A DNA stretch of 64,000 bases from Laetmonice hystrix (taxonomy: Eukaryota): the NCBI GenBank assembly GCA_965235115.1, contig OZ249441.1, positions 27,714,001 to 27,778,000 on the forward strand, in the 5' to 3' direction. The position numbers and the translations under genes were made by a program. Positions within the stretch are counted from its first letter, which is position 1. Every line of letters starts with the position of its first letter. The notes beneath the pieces are model-generated. The model was not told the DNA's origin. It was given only the letters and a program-made list of their open reading frames with translations, and did no database searches. Of this stretch, positions 39,413-50,130 are shown piece after piece.

Positions 39413-41995
39413 TGAAATGTTCTGAGGTGCAGTACCGATCATAGTATGGATACTCGATGTTCAGGGACCCAGCTTCAGGCGGATATTTTCTGGAGAAGGG
39501 CCCATCGTAGATTGGAAGTGCAGACATGATGGGCATACCGTATGTCGGATGACTGTGACCTAGGATAACCTTTCTGATGACCGCCCCCGCCTGGTATCAA
39601 ACATACTGCCGTCTGTACCACAGCAGTCAGCCAATCCCAGCCACCAAGAGGCATTTGGTCTCAAAGGTCGTTTGGATCGTGGCTAAATGGTCCAGCTTGT
39701 CAGATCAGTCCAAAAGTAGCGGGCCCCCTAGGTTGGCGGACGGGGGGAAAGGTCCCCACCCAAACGACATCTGTGATCAGCCGTACTGGACTTGGAAATG
39801 TCGGCCAATTATTCCCGATTCTTTTCTCAGAAACAGTTTGTTTCTGGAGCCTGATTGATGTTGGCCCTACATTCCACGGGTTTCAATAGCGGCAGTGCTG
39901 ACCATGCTTTCTGTAGAAACTCGGTCGGTGGCGCCCGCCGAGACACCGCCTGTTGACGGTCTTCTCAATGGGCGTGGCGCCCATGGTCCGGCCTTTTCTT
40001 TGACACTACGAACAACTCTTCCAGGCCCTTGCTGACGCCTCAATTAATCAAAGTTTTAAAGTCCTCCGAATAGCTCTAAGTCCCCAGTTGTCTCTACAGC
40101 ATCCGGTGAGTGGGAGTTTAAATGCAGAATATTTGTAGCTTCATGGGATTTTAGATTTTTCTGCTGAGAAAGCAGGTGGAGCAGTTTGTAAGCGTGCCTG
40201 CTGTCAAGGCCGATGTGTTCGGAGGAAGGGCACTGTCAGTCATGCTATATCCCGTGATGACCAAGGCACGTTTTCAACTAGTGCGTGGCGTCCTTCAAAA
40301 ACCGACTTTGAATTTTGTTTTTTTCATGACATGGCATGGCATGGTTTGATCGTCCTTGTGCATTTCGCTTTCAGGTGTACAACAAAATCAATCAGTTTCC
40401 CGGCCCTGGGGTGAAATGGGGGCCCTTGTCAATCCACGATAGCCCAGCCTACCAGTGCTCTGACTGGTCCGGCATTGCAATTTTTGACATGCAGTTTAAG
40501 AAATGGCACTATTTTTAGACGTTTTGATCTATTTATTGGAAATATGTACCACGGACCCCAAATTACTAGATGGTATCGTGTGCAAAATATTATGACACTG
40601 GAAAATTGTAGCAGTTATAGTCAATAAAAGAGTGTTCCAGTTTCTTTTGCCCACCCGATATATCATCACAGGTGTACTTACCATAGTGGTAAGTGCCAAA
40701 ACCGCGCTTCCCGCAGTACAATGGATTACTACATATATCGTATGGCCACAAGTATTCCGTCGATAGCAATATCGGAGTGAAAACATCGTCTTACATTACA
40801 ACTCAGGGGGTAATAGCAACATCTTAGATACACCCACATAATCGCTTTTAGATCCCGTCCTATCGATTGCTAATGGGTGGCCCATTTCGTGTTACACATA
40901 ACGGGGTTTTGTTTATGAAGGTCGTGTTTTTAGAATCCATCGATCCTCGGTGCGAGACGAAAAGGTAGGGAGGTGCTCGCTTCCTCAAAGGGGTTTACTG
41001 GTTGAGGGCCATCATACTTACATCCCACCACAATTGCATTCTTGTCAAACCGATACTTCTGTCTTCCGATGGTTGTTGGTAAGCAGGTCGCCCGACTTTA
41101 AATGGTGGAGAACCCCCATTTCCATCAACCCCTCTGCCACTTTCTCATGCCCACAGTTCCGAATTCCTAGTTTGACATATGTAGACCCTGTAGAAGTACA
41201 TTGGGCGCATCAGCTAGATTTGTAAGTAAGAACTGATGCAAAGTTGATATAAATGCTGTAGTTTATCCCGGCGCTTCGTGCAGTTTTTATTTAGCAAGCG
41301 AGTTCTGACAATACAAACACCTAATATATACCCTGACAGACAGGTTTGACGAACGGCCTGGCCATACCGGTTAGGTTTTCTGTCAACGTCAAATGACTGA
41401 TAATAGTGAATATCATGAAGCGGACAAATATCAGACCCGCATGTGAATGATAAAGTATAGGGTTGCTAGGCGCTTTCTGCTAGCAACTGCACATATTGAG
41501 AAAGGCGCGTGCATGTCGCCTCAAGGTCTCCTTATCTAGACAGGGCTGTCCGCTCGGAGACACGGATAGCGAAGTGTTTATTCTGTAATACCAGATTTGG
41601 TGGACTTGTACGGGCAGTGAAATGACAAGTGAGTGTCAGGTCAGGGGGTAGGACGCCTGGAGAAGTCTGTGGTTGTGGCAGAGGGTCGTATTATAAAGAG
41701 CGTGGAGGAAGGGTAAAGAGATAGATAAGTCTTGATGAGGATTGACAGGGATGATTTCAGACAGGGGAGGCTGAGATACCGTCCTTGTCAACAACACTTA
41801 GTACTGACAAAGAGAACAGAAGGAGGGTGTTAAAAAACTGGAGCACAGAAGTAGGTTAATGCTGGAGCTTGGCAATGAATGCTTGTGATAATTCGACGTT
41901 AAGTGTGCTCCTCTTAATTGAATGATAAAATAGATTGGTTGGAAGGACGGGAACAACTGGGAACGTCAGGCAACGGTGGAGTTGTGAGAGTATTG

Positions 41996-42746
41996 GGGGA
42001 TAGCTTTACATTGAGAGGTGATATCGTCATTGTAAAATGACATCAGTGAAGGTTGAAGTAGTGAAAGAGGAAGGACTGGGAGATAGCTTTACATTGAGAG
42101 GTGATACCGTCATTGTAAAATGACATCAGTGAAGGTTGAAGTAGTGAAAGAGGAAGGACTGGGGGATAGCTTTACATTGAGAGGTGATACCGTCATTGTA
42201 AAATGACATCAGTGAAGGTTGAAGTAGTGAAAGAGGAAGGACTGGGGGATAGCTTTACATTGAGAGGTGATACCGTCATTGTAAAATGACATCAGTGAAG
42301 GTTGAAGTAGTGAAAGAGGAAGGACTGTGGTATAGCTTAAATTTACATTGAGAGGTGATACCGTCATTGTAAAATGACATCAGTGAAGGTTGAAGTAGTG
42401 AAAGAGGAAGGACTTTGGGATAGCTTTACATTGAGAGGTGATACCGTCATTGTAAAATAGCATCAGTGAAGGATGAAGTAGTGAAAGAGGAAGGACTTTG
42501 GGATAGCTTTACATTGAGAGGCGATACCGTCATTGTAAAATGACATCAGTGAAGGTTGAAGTAGTGAAAGAGGAAGGACTGGGAGATAGCTTTACATTGA
42601 GAGGTGATACCGTCATTGTAAAATGACATCAGTGAAGGGTGAAGTAGTGAAAGAGGAAGGACTGGGGGATAGCTTTACATTGAGAGGTGATACCGTCATT
42701 GTAAAATGACATCAGTGAAGGATGAAGTAGTGAAAGAGGAAGGACT
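41996..42746. repeat. Minisatellite G left block, 83-bp unit, about 9 copies
   Basis: gggatagctttacattgagaggtgataccgtcattgtaaaatgacatcagtgaaggttgaagtagtgaaagaggaaggact; period 42001 to 42084 to 42167. Confidence 0.96.
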
Positions 42747-42749
42747 ATC

Positions 42750-43330
42750 GTACCCCTAGTTTCACTATGGGCTACTCTTGCTCAAAATAATGAACAGACA
42801 ACTGATGTCAGAGACAATTCTTATGTTTAGTTGTAAATTGTATACGTTTGACTTACACCCAGAAAGATTAGATGTTCATTATAGACATTTACCAACCATG
42901 TTATGGTGCATTAAGGATTTAACCACCGTTCTCAGATGTTCAGTTGTATTCATTATTTGCTACCAGCATCTTAGGTTAACAAACAATATAATCTCTTGGG
43001 TGACATATGTTCTCCATTGATGGTTTTCCCCAGCTTTCGTTTGGGAAGTTATTTCATTAATGAAGGCAGTACAGTCATAGGGGCAGAGTCGCTCATCACA
43101 GGGAACCCGTAATACAGGTGTTTTCTCACCTATTGTTTCCCACCTCTGTGAAGCAGCTCACTAGTGCCAGGATGTCTGCTTCACTAATAACTGCTCATTA
43201 GACTGTCTGCCAATGCCAACTTACTTGGCTTTAACAACAAATGGACAATCCTCAAACAGGCCTGCCCTGTGATGGTGTAGCCAATAGATGACCAGCATTT
43301 TTATGTTATATATCATTGGTCAGTTTGACA
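42750..43330 (+). pseudogene. Decayed LINE reverse-transcriptase fragment (Rex1/Babar-like)
   Basis: Frame-hopping motifs in RT order: ETILMF..LYTFDLHP, MFIID, IISWVTYVL...PQ..G, ITG.P...GVFSP, SANANLLG (cf. FADDTxxxG), WCS. Many stops and frameshifts. Confidence 0.5.
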
Positions 43331-43794
43331 TTGGTCCTCCCTATATATACTCATCCTACAATTTGGTAAGACACACATCTTTGCCTGCTGGAAACAACTT
43401 CACACATCCTAAGGAACTCTACCTGCTCGACAACGCCATTACGCTTGTCCGACGCCAAAGACATCACTCAGCTTCACCACATCCCAAAAACTCTGCCTGG
43501 TGAGTTAGTGCGTGAACATTCAGTATTCAGTAACAGTGGGCAGTGTATCTCAAAGACTTCATTCATTCTGCTCTACCATTGAGGAACGTACGTGTGGTCA
43601 AGTCCTGCAAACCAGACGTGAACCACACATCATCAAGCATACATCAGTTATAGCCAATACTGTATATTTTGGTTGTTTTCGTGTGCCTTATCCTCCGGGT
43701 TGTACTGGCACTGTGTACAGATGCAAAGTAAAGAATCTACAGTTATTGCTCCCCACAAAACGTAGTCGTGTCTTTACTGCCACCGTACGTTAAT

Positions 43795-43809
43795 TGGTGG
43801 AGAATCCGG
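43795..43809 (+). promoter_or_regulatory. Primer-binding site (tRNA-Ala) of an LTR retrotransposon
   Basis: TGGTGGAGAATCCGG matches 14 of 15 nt of the complement of the eukaryotic tRNA-Ala(AGC) 3' end as recalled (TGGTGGAGAATGCGG). It lies about 140 bp upstream of a gag-like ATG. Confidence 0.7.
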
Positions 43810-43947
43810 TGTCTCGTTTTGCCTAACTCTGGTTGGGAAAGCAGTGGCAACTGATTCTCGGTGAGCAGTTTTGTATCTGTAGACAGTTGTTGGTGCACCG
43901 TTGGTGTGAGTGCCGAAATCATCAAAATTCAGTTATTTTAATGTGGC

Positions 43948-44409
43948 ATGTCAGCCCCATGCAATAATCCCATACAAAGGGCAGTGTCAGCCAAATTACC
44001 ACTAGGACCAGCAGCAGCAACACGCTCTCAGGCTGCAACCAACGGCATACCCCAAATAGAGGGTACTAAAAGAACAATAGTACCGCCCCACCCTGTGCCC
44101 GACCCGGCACCAGTCGTCCACGAGGAAGAGGACGAAATAGCACAGGAAGAAGCCGACACTGAGTGGGACGACACCATGATGATGGCGATGATGCCCAAAA
44201 GCTTTGATGGAGTCATCAACCCCCAAGACTGGCTGGATGACGTCACAGCCATGACAACATGGAATAACAAAAATGACAGACAAGCAGCAGCAGCGGTACG
44301 TTTTATGTTTACCGGTGACGGGGAAACCTGGTACCGGACGTTGCCGAAGGCCGACCAGGAGAGCTTCACACGTCTGTCAGCAGCATTTTACGTTAGGACT
44401 GTGGGATAG
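43948..44409 (+). pseudogene. gag: 3'-truncated Ty3/Gypsy gag ORF (153 aa)
   Basis: ATG start, Pro/acidic leader, then MPKSFDGVINPQDWLDD...WNNKNDRQAAAAVRFMFTGDGETWYRTLP...SFTRLSAAF..R, typical of the retrotransposon capsid N-terminal domain. The last codons and the stop come from the 83-bp repeat. Confidence 0.75.
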
Positions 44410-44576
44410 CTTTACATTGAGAGGTGATACCGTCATTGTAAAATGACATCAGTGAAAGAGGGACTTTGGTATAGCTTTACATTGAGAGGTGATACCGTCA
44501 TTGTAAAATGACATCAGTGAAGGATGAAGTAGTGAAAGAGGAAGGACTGTGGGATAGCTTTACATTGAGAGGTGAT
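44395..44576. repeat. Minisatellite G right block (about 2 units, one shortened)
   Basis: The same 83-bp unit resumes as aggactgtgggatagctttacattgagaggtgat... Confidence 0.95.
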
Positions 44577-47500
44577 TTGGAGACGTTGTAGTAAAGAAAT
44601 TTAAACTGAGGATAGAGTCGTTGAAGTTAGCAACTATGAGGTAGGTTTGAGGTTGATGGGTTATGGTAAAACAGGTAAAGGAATAGCAGGAAAGTGTCCC
44701 GCAGCGGAAGCGGACGGATTGGAGATAAGGTGGCATGCCCCCCTGTGGCTGCTAGAGGTACTAACGTCAGTCGACCTCCCAATGCAGGCATCCGGTAGCC
44801 AGGTGTGGTGGGGTGAGCGTCGGGGCGATGTCAAGAGTGTCGGAAACCTGGCCGCCAACAGCTATGGGTGTGGCGGGATCTACCTAGACGGAGCCACCAG
44901 TAGCATCCAGTTGAGCCTCCTCCCCCCCCCCCCTCCAGCCGCTCGTCCAGGTACTGAGGCAGTGATTCCCGCCAGTGGAGGAGAGACCACACCCCAGCTA
45001 CCTGTCCTACCTCATCCCTCCTCCAACCAACCAACAGCAGCCAGTTTCCAGGTAACACGCCAGATGCTAACAATCCATCTTCTGCATCATTGGCCCCCAT
45101 GTAGCGGCTGGCCGGTGGGACTGACCCAGTTATGATGTAATCAATCCTTTTTCGCATTCGATCAATTTCCCCCAGGGTTTCAAAGAAAATTACCGGACAT
45201 TACTGATGAGTGGAGTCCGTGGGGATGACAAGGATGCAAGGGGGCGCTGTGATTCTAGCTAAACCAAGAAAAAAAACCACGGCCTTGAAAAACCATCAAG
45301 GACATTGATGGCTTTGAAAGGTGTTAACAGCATGTATCGTCAATTTTAATTATCTCTGATGGAAATGCTGTCATGATCAGTATCGCATAGACAATTACTT
45401 CTCCCAGGTATGGCTCAGCGCACCTGGGCCCCGCCTTCCTTCTCCTCTATAGCCTCTGGCAGTAACCAACCATGGCCTTATCGCTACCTCTGCCGCTCCC
45501 GCACCTGGATCCCTCGGCTTGATCCAACTTAAATCCCTTCAGGCCAAATTTGTGCTGTTTAAATGAAAAGTTTCACATGGCTTCTCTTGATATTCTGGGT
45601 GGTACTAGACTGGGGCGAGTGACGGTCGGTTGGGATCAGAAAAGTTGAAATAAGCGGGATACTCCAGAGAGTTGCGCAGGAAGAGTGCTTTGAAAATGAA
45701 ATGTTGAAACTGAATTACAAGGAAAAAAGTTTGCGTTTCTCTGCTTGTTTTACCCCAAAGCGAGATGGCTCACATCTTTCTGTACCCCATTCATACTGAG
45801 GACACTGATATTAAGTAGCAAGTACTGATTGCCGTTTATCTCTGTATTTCGTACCATCGCGTTGAAACAGAATGGTTACCTAATTCCTTAACGACATGAA
45901 GCAAACAAGCCTGTCACAAAAAGGTCCAATAATACAAATTGGGTATCGACTCTTCAGAACCGCCGAGTGAGTATTTACCACAAATACTCGCAATGTGCTT
46001 TACTCGGCGTGGAATGGTACAGGGCACAGCCCCAGCGATGTGCCTATCTGTCAGGAATTCCGTTCTCTTTTGGGTAACACGCACACACAATCACCCACGC
46101 ACACCCCCATCCCCCAAAACTGAAGTTCTTTTGGAGCGGGGTCTCAGCCTCCACCCTTCTCCGTTCATGTACTCTATAGCTTGGATAAGTTTTCAAGCTA
46201 GGGAAACCCCTGCACACTACATTTTGTAGTGACAGCAAAGATGGTGACAGTAAATTTGTGTGTAGCACCTGTTGTTATTGACAGGATCGCATGATTTCTT
46301 TTTACCGGTTTTAACCAGCAAGGGTGAAGCAAACAGTGAGATGCGCCAGGACAGAGCCCCTTGATGTTGCGTGATTTTCCGTCGTTCTCCTGACTTATGT
46401 TCCTCCTCCGGGGGTTGTGTTTAATGGAACACCTGGCCACCTGTGAGGGTCCGCCGAGCTGACTTGTTGCCCCTGATTGGGACTGTCATGCTGCAAGTGG
46501 TTGAGTAAGACCGGCGGGTCCTGCTTGTCGCTTTGCGTGAAACACATGTGAGTTGTCATTGCCGGTGGCAGAATGTTAAAGGGATTCAGGGCGAGCGAGA
46601 ACAATGCTGTTGTTGTTGTGTGCATGGCAGCCGGCCTGCCGTGTCATCATCTGATATCATAGAGGGGTTCAGAAGTGAGGGTTGGGGAGGCTATGTCAGG
46701 GCATGGCATGACATGCCCCTACCCCACCCCAACCCGCTGTTGACGGTTGCCGCAGTGACTGGCCAATTTGATGGTATTTAAACCGAGTCCACAGGGTGCG
46801 GCCAAGCACGGATTACCAGGTCTTCCAGCCGGTAACATAAGAATAATGATCACCCCCACAAGGGTACGTGGCTAATCATGTAGGCTTCAGGTGACACGTG
46901 GGTTAAACAACAGTACCCGACATACATAGGGTTAACGTTCAGTCAACTGAAAAAGTAACACTGTCGGTACAGGCAGGCGCAAGCTTTCATAGGGAAATAG
47001 TATGATAGAATTCACATAGGAACACCTAGATTAGAATGTGGCAGATGGCAGATGTGTCTATCTGTTTCAGTGTGTGTAATGGTACATGGGGGGGGGGGGG
47101 GGTTATTCCCCCAGTGTTGTATACATGTATGTGGAAAAAAAGTTTGGTATTATGTTGAAGTGTAGAACGGAAAATTGAATAGAAAAATCGAAAATGTCGC
47201 ATTTTGTAAACATACACTGCATTACTAATATGTGGTTCAGGATTAAAAGTAATGGTTATTCTGTAATTGAAGATTCTTCAGACTCGTCTCGCGTCGTTTG
47301 TAGGCTGAGTAAGTTTGATGAAATTATACACAGGGTTCCCGGGGGCCAAAGTATAGCTAGCAGTAATAATAGTTTCTTGGGGTTAAGAATAAGAATAAGT
47401 AAATCACTTATAATGCTTTTTTTTCGAGTGATCCGGCGGTGCCATGTCGGCTTCAGGTGCTAGCAGTTAGTCCTTCCACCCCACCCCCGCTGGTACGCTC

Positions 47501-49309
47501 TCCTCTGTCACTGACCAAACCGACACCCCGACAAGGAACCAATCAAAAGGCGAGTAGAGGCCTCCTGCGTTGATCAGCGCCAATTTGAACCAATTTACGG
47601 CTTTAATTGTGCGGGCCGGCCAGGCAGGCAGCCGGGTGTGAACCTGTGTTTGCCCCACCAGTACAGTAAACCCTACCCCTGGCTGGGGTCAGCCAATCTG
47701 TGTGAGTGACCCACATGTACCTGACCCATGAAGACGACATGACAACAAACCATGCTGCCTGACCCCATAACCCCTTACCCCACCCCCACCCCCTTATTAC
47801 ACCCAATTGGCGATTACTTTAGAGGTGCAAGGAAGAACAGGAGACCCCATTGTCCTGCGGACGTATTGTGTGCGATAGGATGAGGTGGAGCGTTATTGGG
47901 GTACTTAGCCACAATTCTCGTCATCGTGCTGTGTTCTTCAACCATCAATTGTTCTTTGCGACCTATGATTGTTATCTTTGTTAGAACTGACATCAGTGGT
48001 TAATGATTTAACAATATTTGTTCGGTATTTTGTAGAAGGACCGACTACAATAGAGGGTTAATTACGTGGTGCCTGGGAATGTGTTTGCTATAAACCCATA
48101 GACACAGCAGGTGTATGCCACTCAAACAGATTCCCGGTTGTTATGACATTTTGTTCAGTTTCTATACATTCTACAGATGTATATATTTACCATTGTTTGG
48201 GTAGATTCCCCGTTGTAACAGCCCCACGAAGTTAGAGCTTCAGAACTAAAGTGTGGTTATCATTGTTCCAACTCCCAAAATCAATCCTAACTCCTACTGG
48301 TCCCGGTCCTCAACACCCCCCCCCCCCCCATATAGCCTTACCCAACCCTAATTTCCAGGGAACGTTACCAGAATGGAATAACCACTAATTGCGGTTTGTG
48401 ATAGAGAATCTACCACTGGGATAACTTTGTGTGGACACGATATACCTTCCTTAACCTTGGTACAAAAATGTTAATTTATCAACAAGGTCACAAGCCATCC
48501 AGGTGCGGCCCCGTTCCACCTGCCAGCCGTTTGCCATGGCTGCCGACACATAGAGTCGAGGTCCTCCTGCCCCCACCCCATCCAGAGGTCACGATAATAC
48601 AGCCCGGGCGCTGCAGAGTTTTCAATTACATTCAGGCCTGGCCCGGCGGAGACCATCTGCTACAGCAAGCCGTTGATATATGTCGTCTCCGGCCAGAGAT
48701 TGGGTCATTGGCCCTGACTGGCCAGAGGTCCTGTACTGTCCACAGGGCCTCACACCTAACCACCCAATGATCTGGACGGACACCTCCTAATACCGACTCG
48801 ACCACCACCCCAGGCATGCCTAGCATGGCATTTGTATATCAGGGCGAAAAGGAAAGTGAAAGGAAAGGTTCGCAGAAGTCGTTATAAAAATGTAGCCAAC
48901 CAACGAAATCATCATACCGTCTTCAAAGAACTCACGCAGGCTGATCCCCTCAGGGTGATGGTGGACAGTTGCTTAATTACACCTGCTCAAATAACAGCGT
49001 CCTTTTGGGGAGGGGTGGGGGGAGAAGTTAGGGGGGTCGGGGTCTGACCCTTGTTCATAGCACCACCTGATGAAAAGAGGCGGCACTGACCTGTGTCAGA
49101 ATTCACATCACTGACACGGAGTTAAGGAACTTGGGGGCAGGGAGGGGGCAGCCACTTGGTTTAGTTCTTTGTTAGCTCCTTGTTATAGGTTGGCAGGTCT
49201 CCAGTCCACAGTTCTTCCGAGGTAGATCACGATTGTAGCCTATAAAACGGGCCATAGGAGGGCACTGGTGTACACAGCCGCCGATAGGGGGAGCGGGGGA
49301 GCTATTGCT

Positions 49310-50130
49310 TAGGATACAGCCCCCATGTCCCTCAAATTACACTCCAGTCGGCTACACTTCCTAAGCTTCCAACGATTTGGTATTGGAGAAGATAGTATAA
49401 AAAGATTTTCATTCGGGATTTCCATTTCACATCTTTCACGGTAATTGACATTTGTTCGGCAACGCCCGTATGACAACAGTAGTGCCACAGTATTGCTTTC
49501 TGTGGGAAATAAAAATTGGACGTTCACAAACTGGCACTGCTACCTATATAATACCTGTTTCCACTTGGCAGTCGACCAGTATAGAAGCTGGCACCTTGCA
49601 ATTTGTATCTATGCATCGTCAGTAACCTGGTAACGAGAAGGAGAAAAAACAATGGGTATTATGTCGAGTGGCATGATAAGTGATAATTACTGCTGTGTGA
49701 TAGGTAGTTCAGATGGATAGGTTTTCAAGAGGCATGGCAATGTGAAGCAGAAACGGAGATCTTTACTGTGCGTGTGCTTGGTAGATTGGCCATCAGTGAA
49801 GTCGACATACACCCCACTAAGTTTGACTACGAGCATGTAGCTCGACGCTAAATGAACGCCATGTTTCCGAAAAGTTAAACTTTTCCTTCTGAAGATTATT
49901 AATATCTCGATTTCTTTGATAATTATTCTGAATCTTAATGAGGGCATAATTGATGCGCGAATTTCAGACATATTAAATGAGTGTTGATTATCAGTATGGC
50001 ACAGTAGAACACAAGTAAGAAAGTTATAAATGATTTCAATGATGAATGAGTAATTGATAGTCGTTAAATGTAGCATGGAAGAGATGAAGAGAGGGGTGGC
50101 TAAGTGTTGTTGACCAGAAACCAATTAGTG
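49310..50130 (-). pseudogene. Decayed CR1/L2-type LINE RT C-terminal region
   Basis: ORF 49687-50124 contains CHTDNQHSFNMSE (cf. WxxxNxLxFNxxK), KEIEILIIFRRK and KLSGVYVD (cf. KYLGVxID); downstream LSLIMPLD (cf. YxSLIxPxLDY). Confidence 0.5.

Larger units (their letters stand above)
41650..44700 (-). pseudogene. Rex1/Babar-like (CR1-group) LINE endonuclease relic, split by the 83-bp array and an inserted cassette
   Basis: Minus-strand peptides across frameshifts: THQPQTYLIVANFN (about 44660-44620; cf. HPEAxLxVAGDFN), CKAIPQYSHNST..LFPSFQ (about 42010-41935; cf. YKALP..SDHNS.LLIPAY), FIAKLQ, SVLSVVDK and LIKTY, in the expected order. By-eye match only. Confidence 0.5.

Noticed and set aside
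40685-40790. Minus-strand DICSNPLYCGKR as a neuropeptide precursor exon
   Set aside because: No signal peptide or convincing acceptor, and it does not match a known peptide family; likely chance.
44002-44369. Minus-strand ORFs of 93 and 113 aa
   Set aside because: Antisense shadows of the gag ORF.
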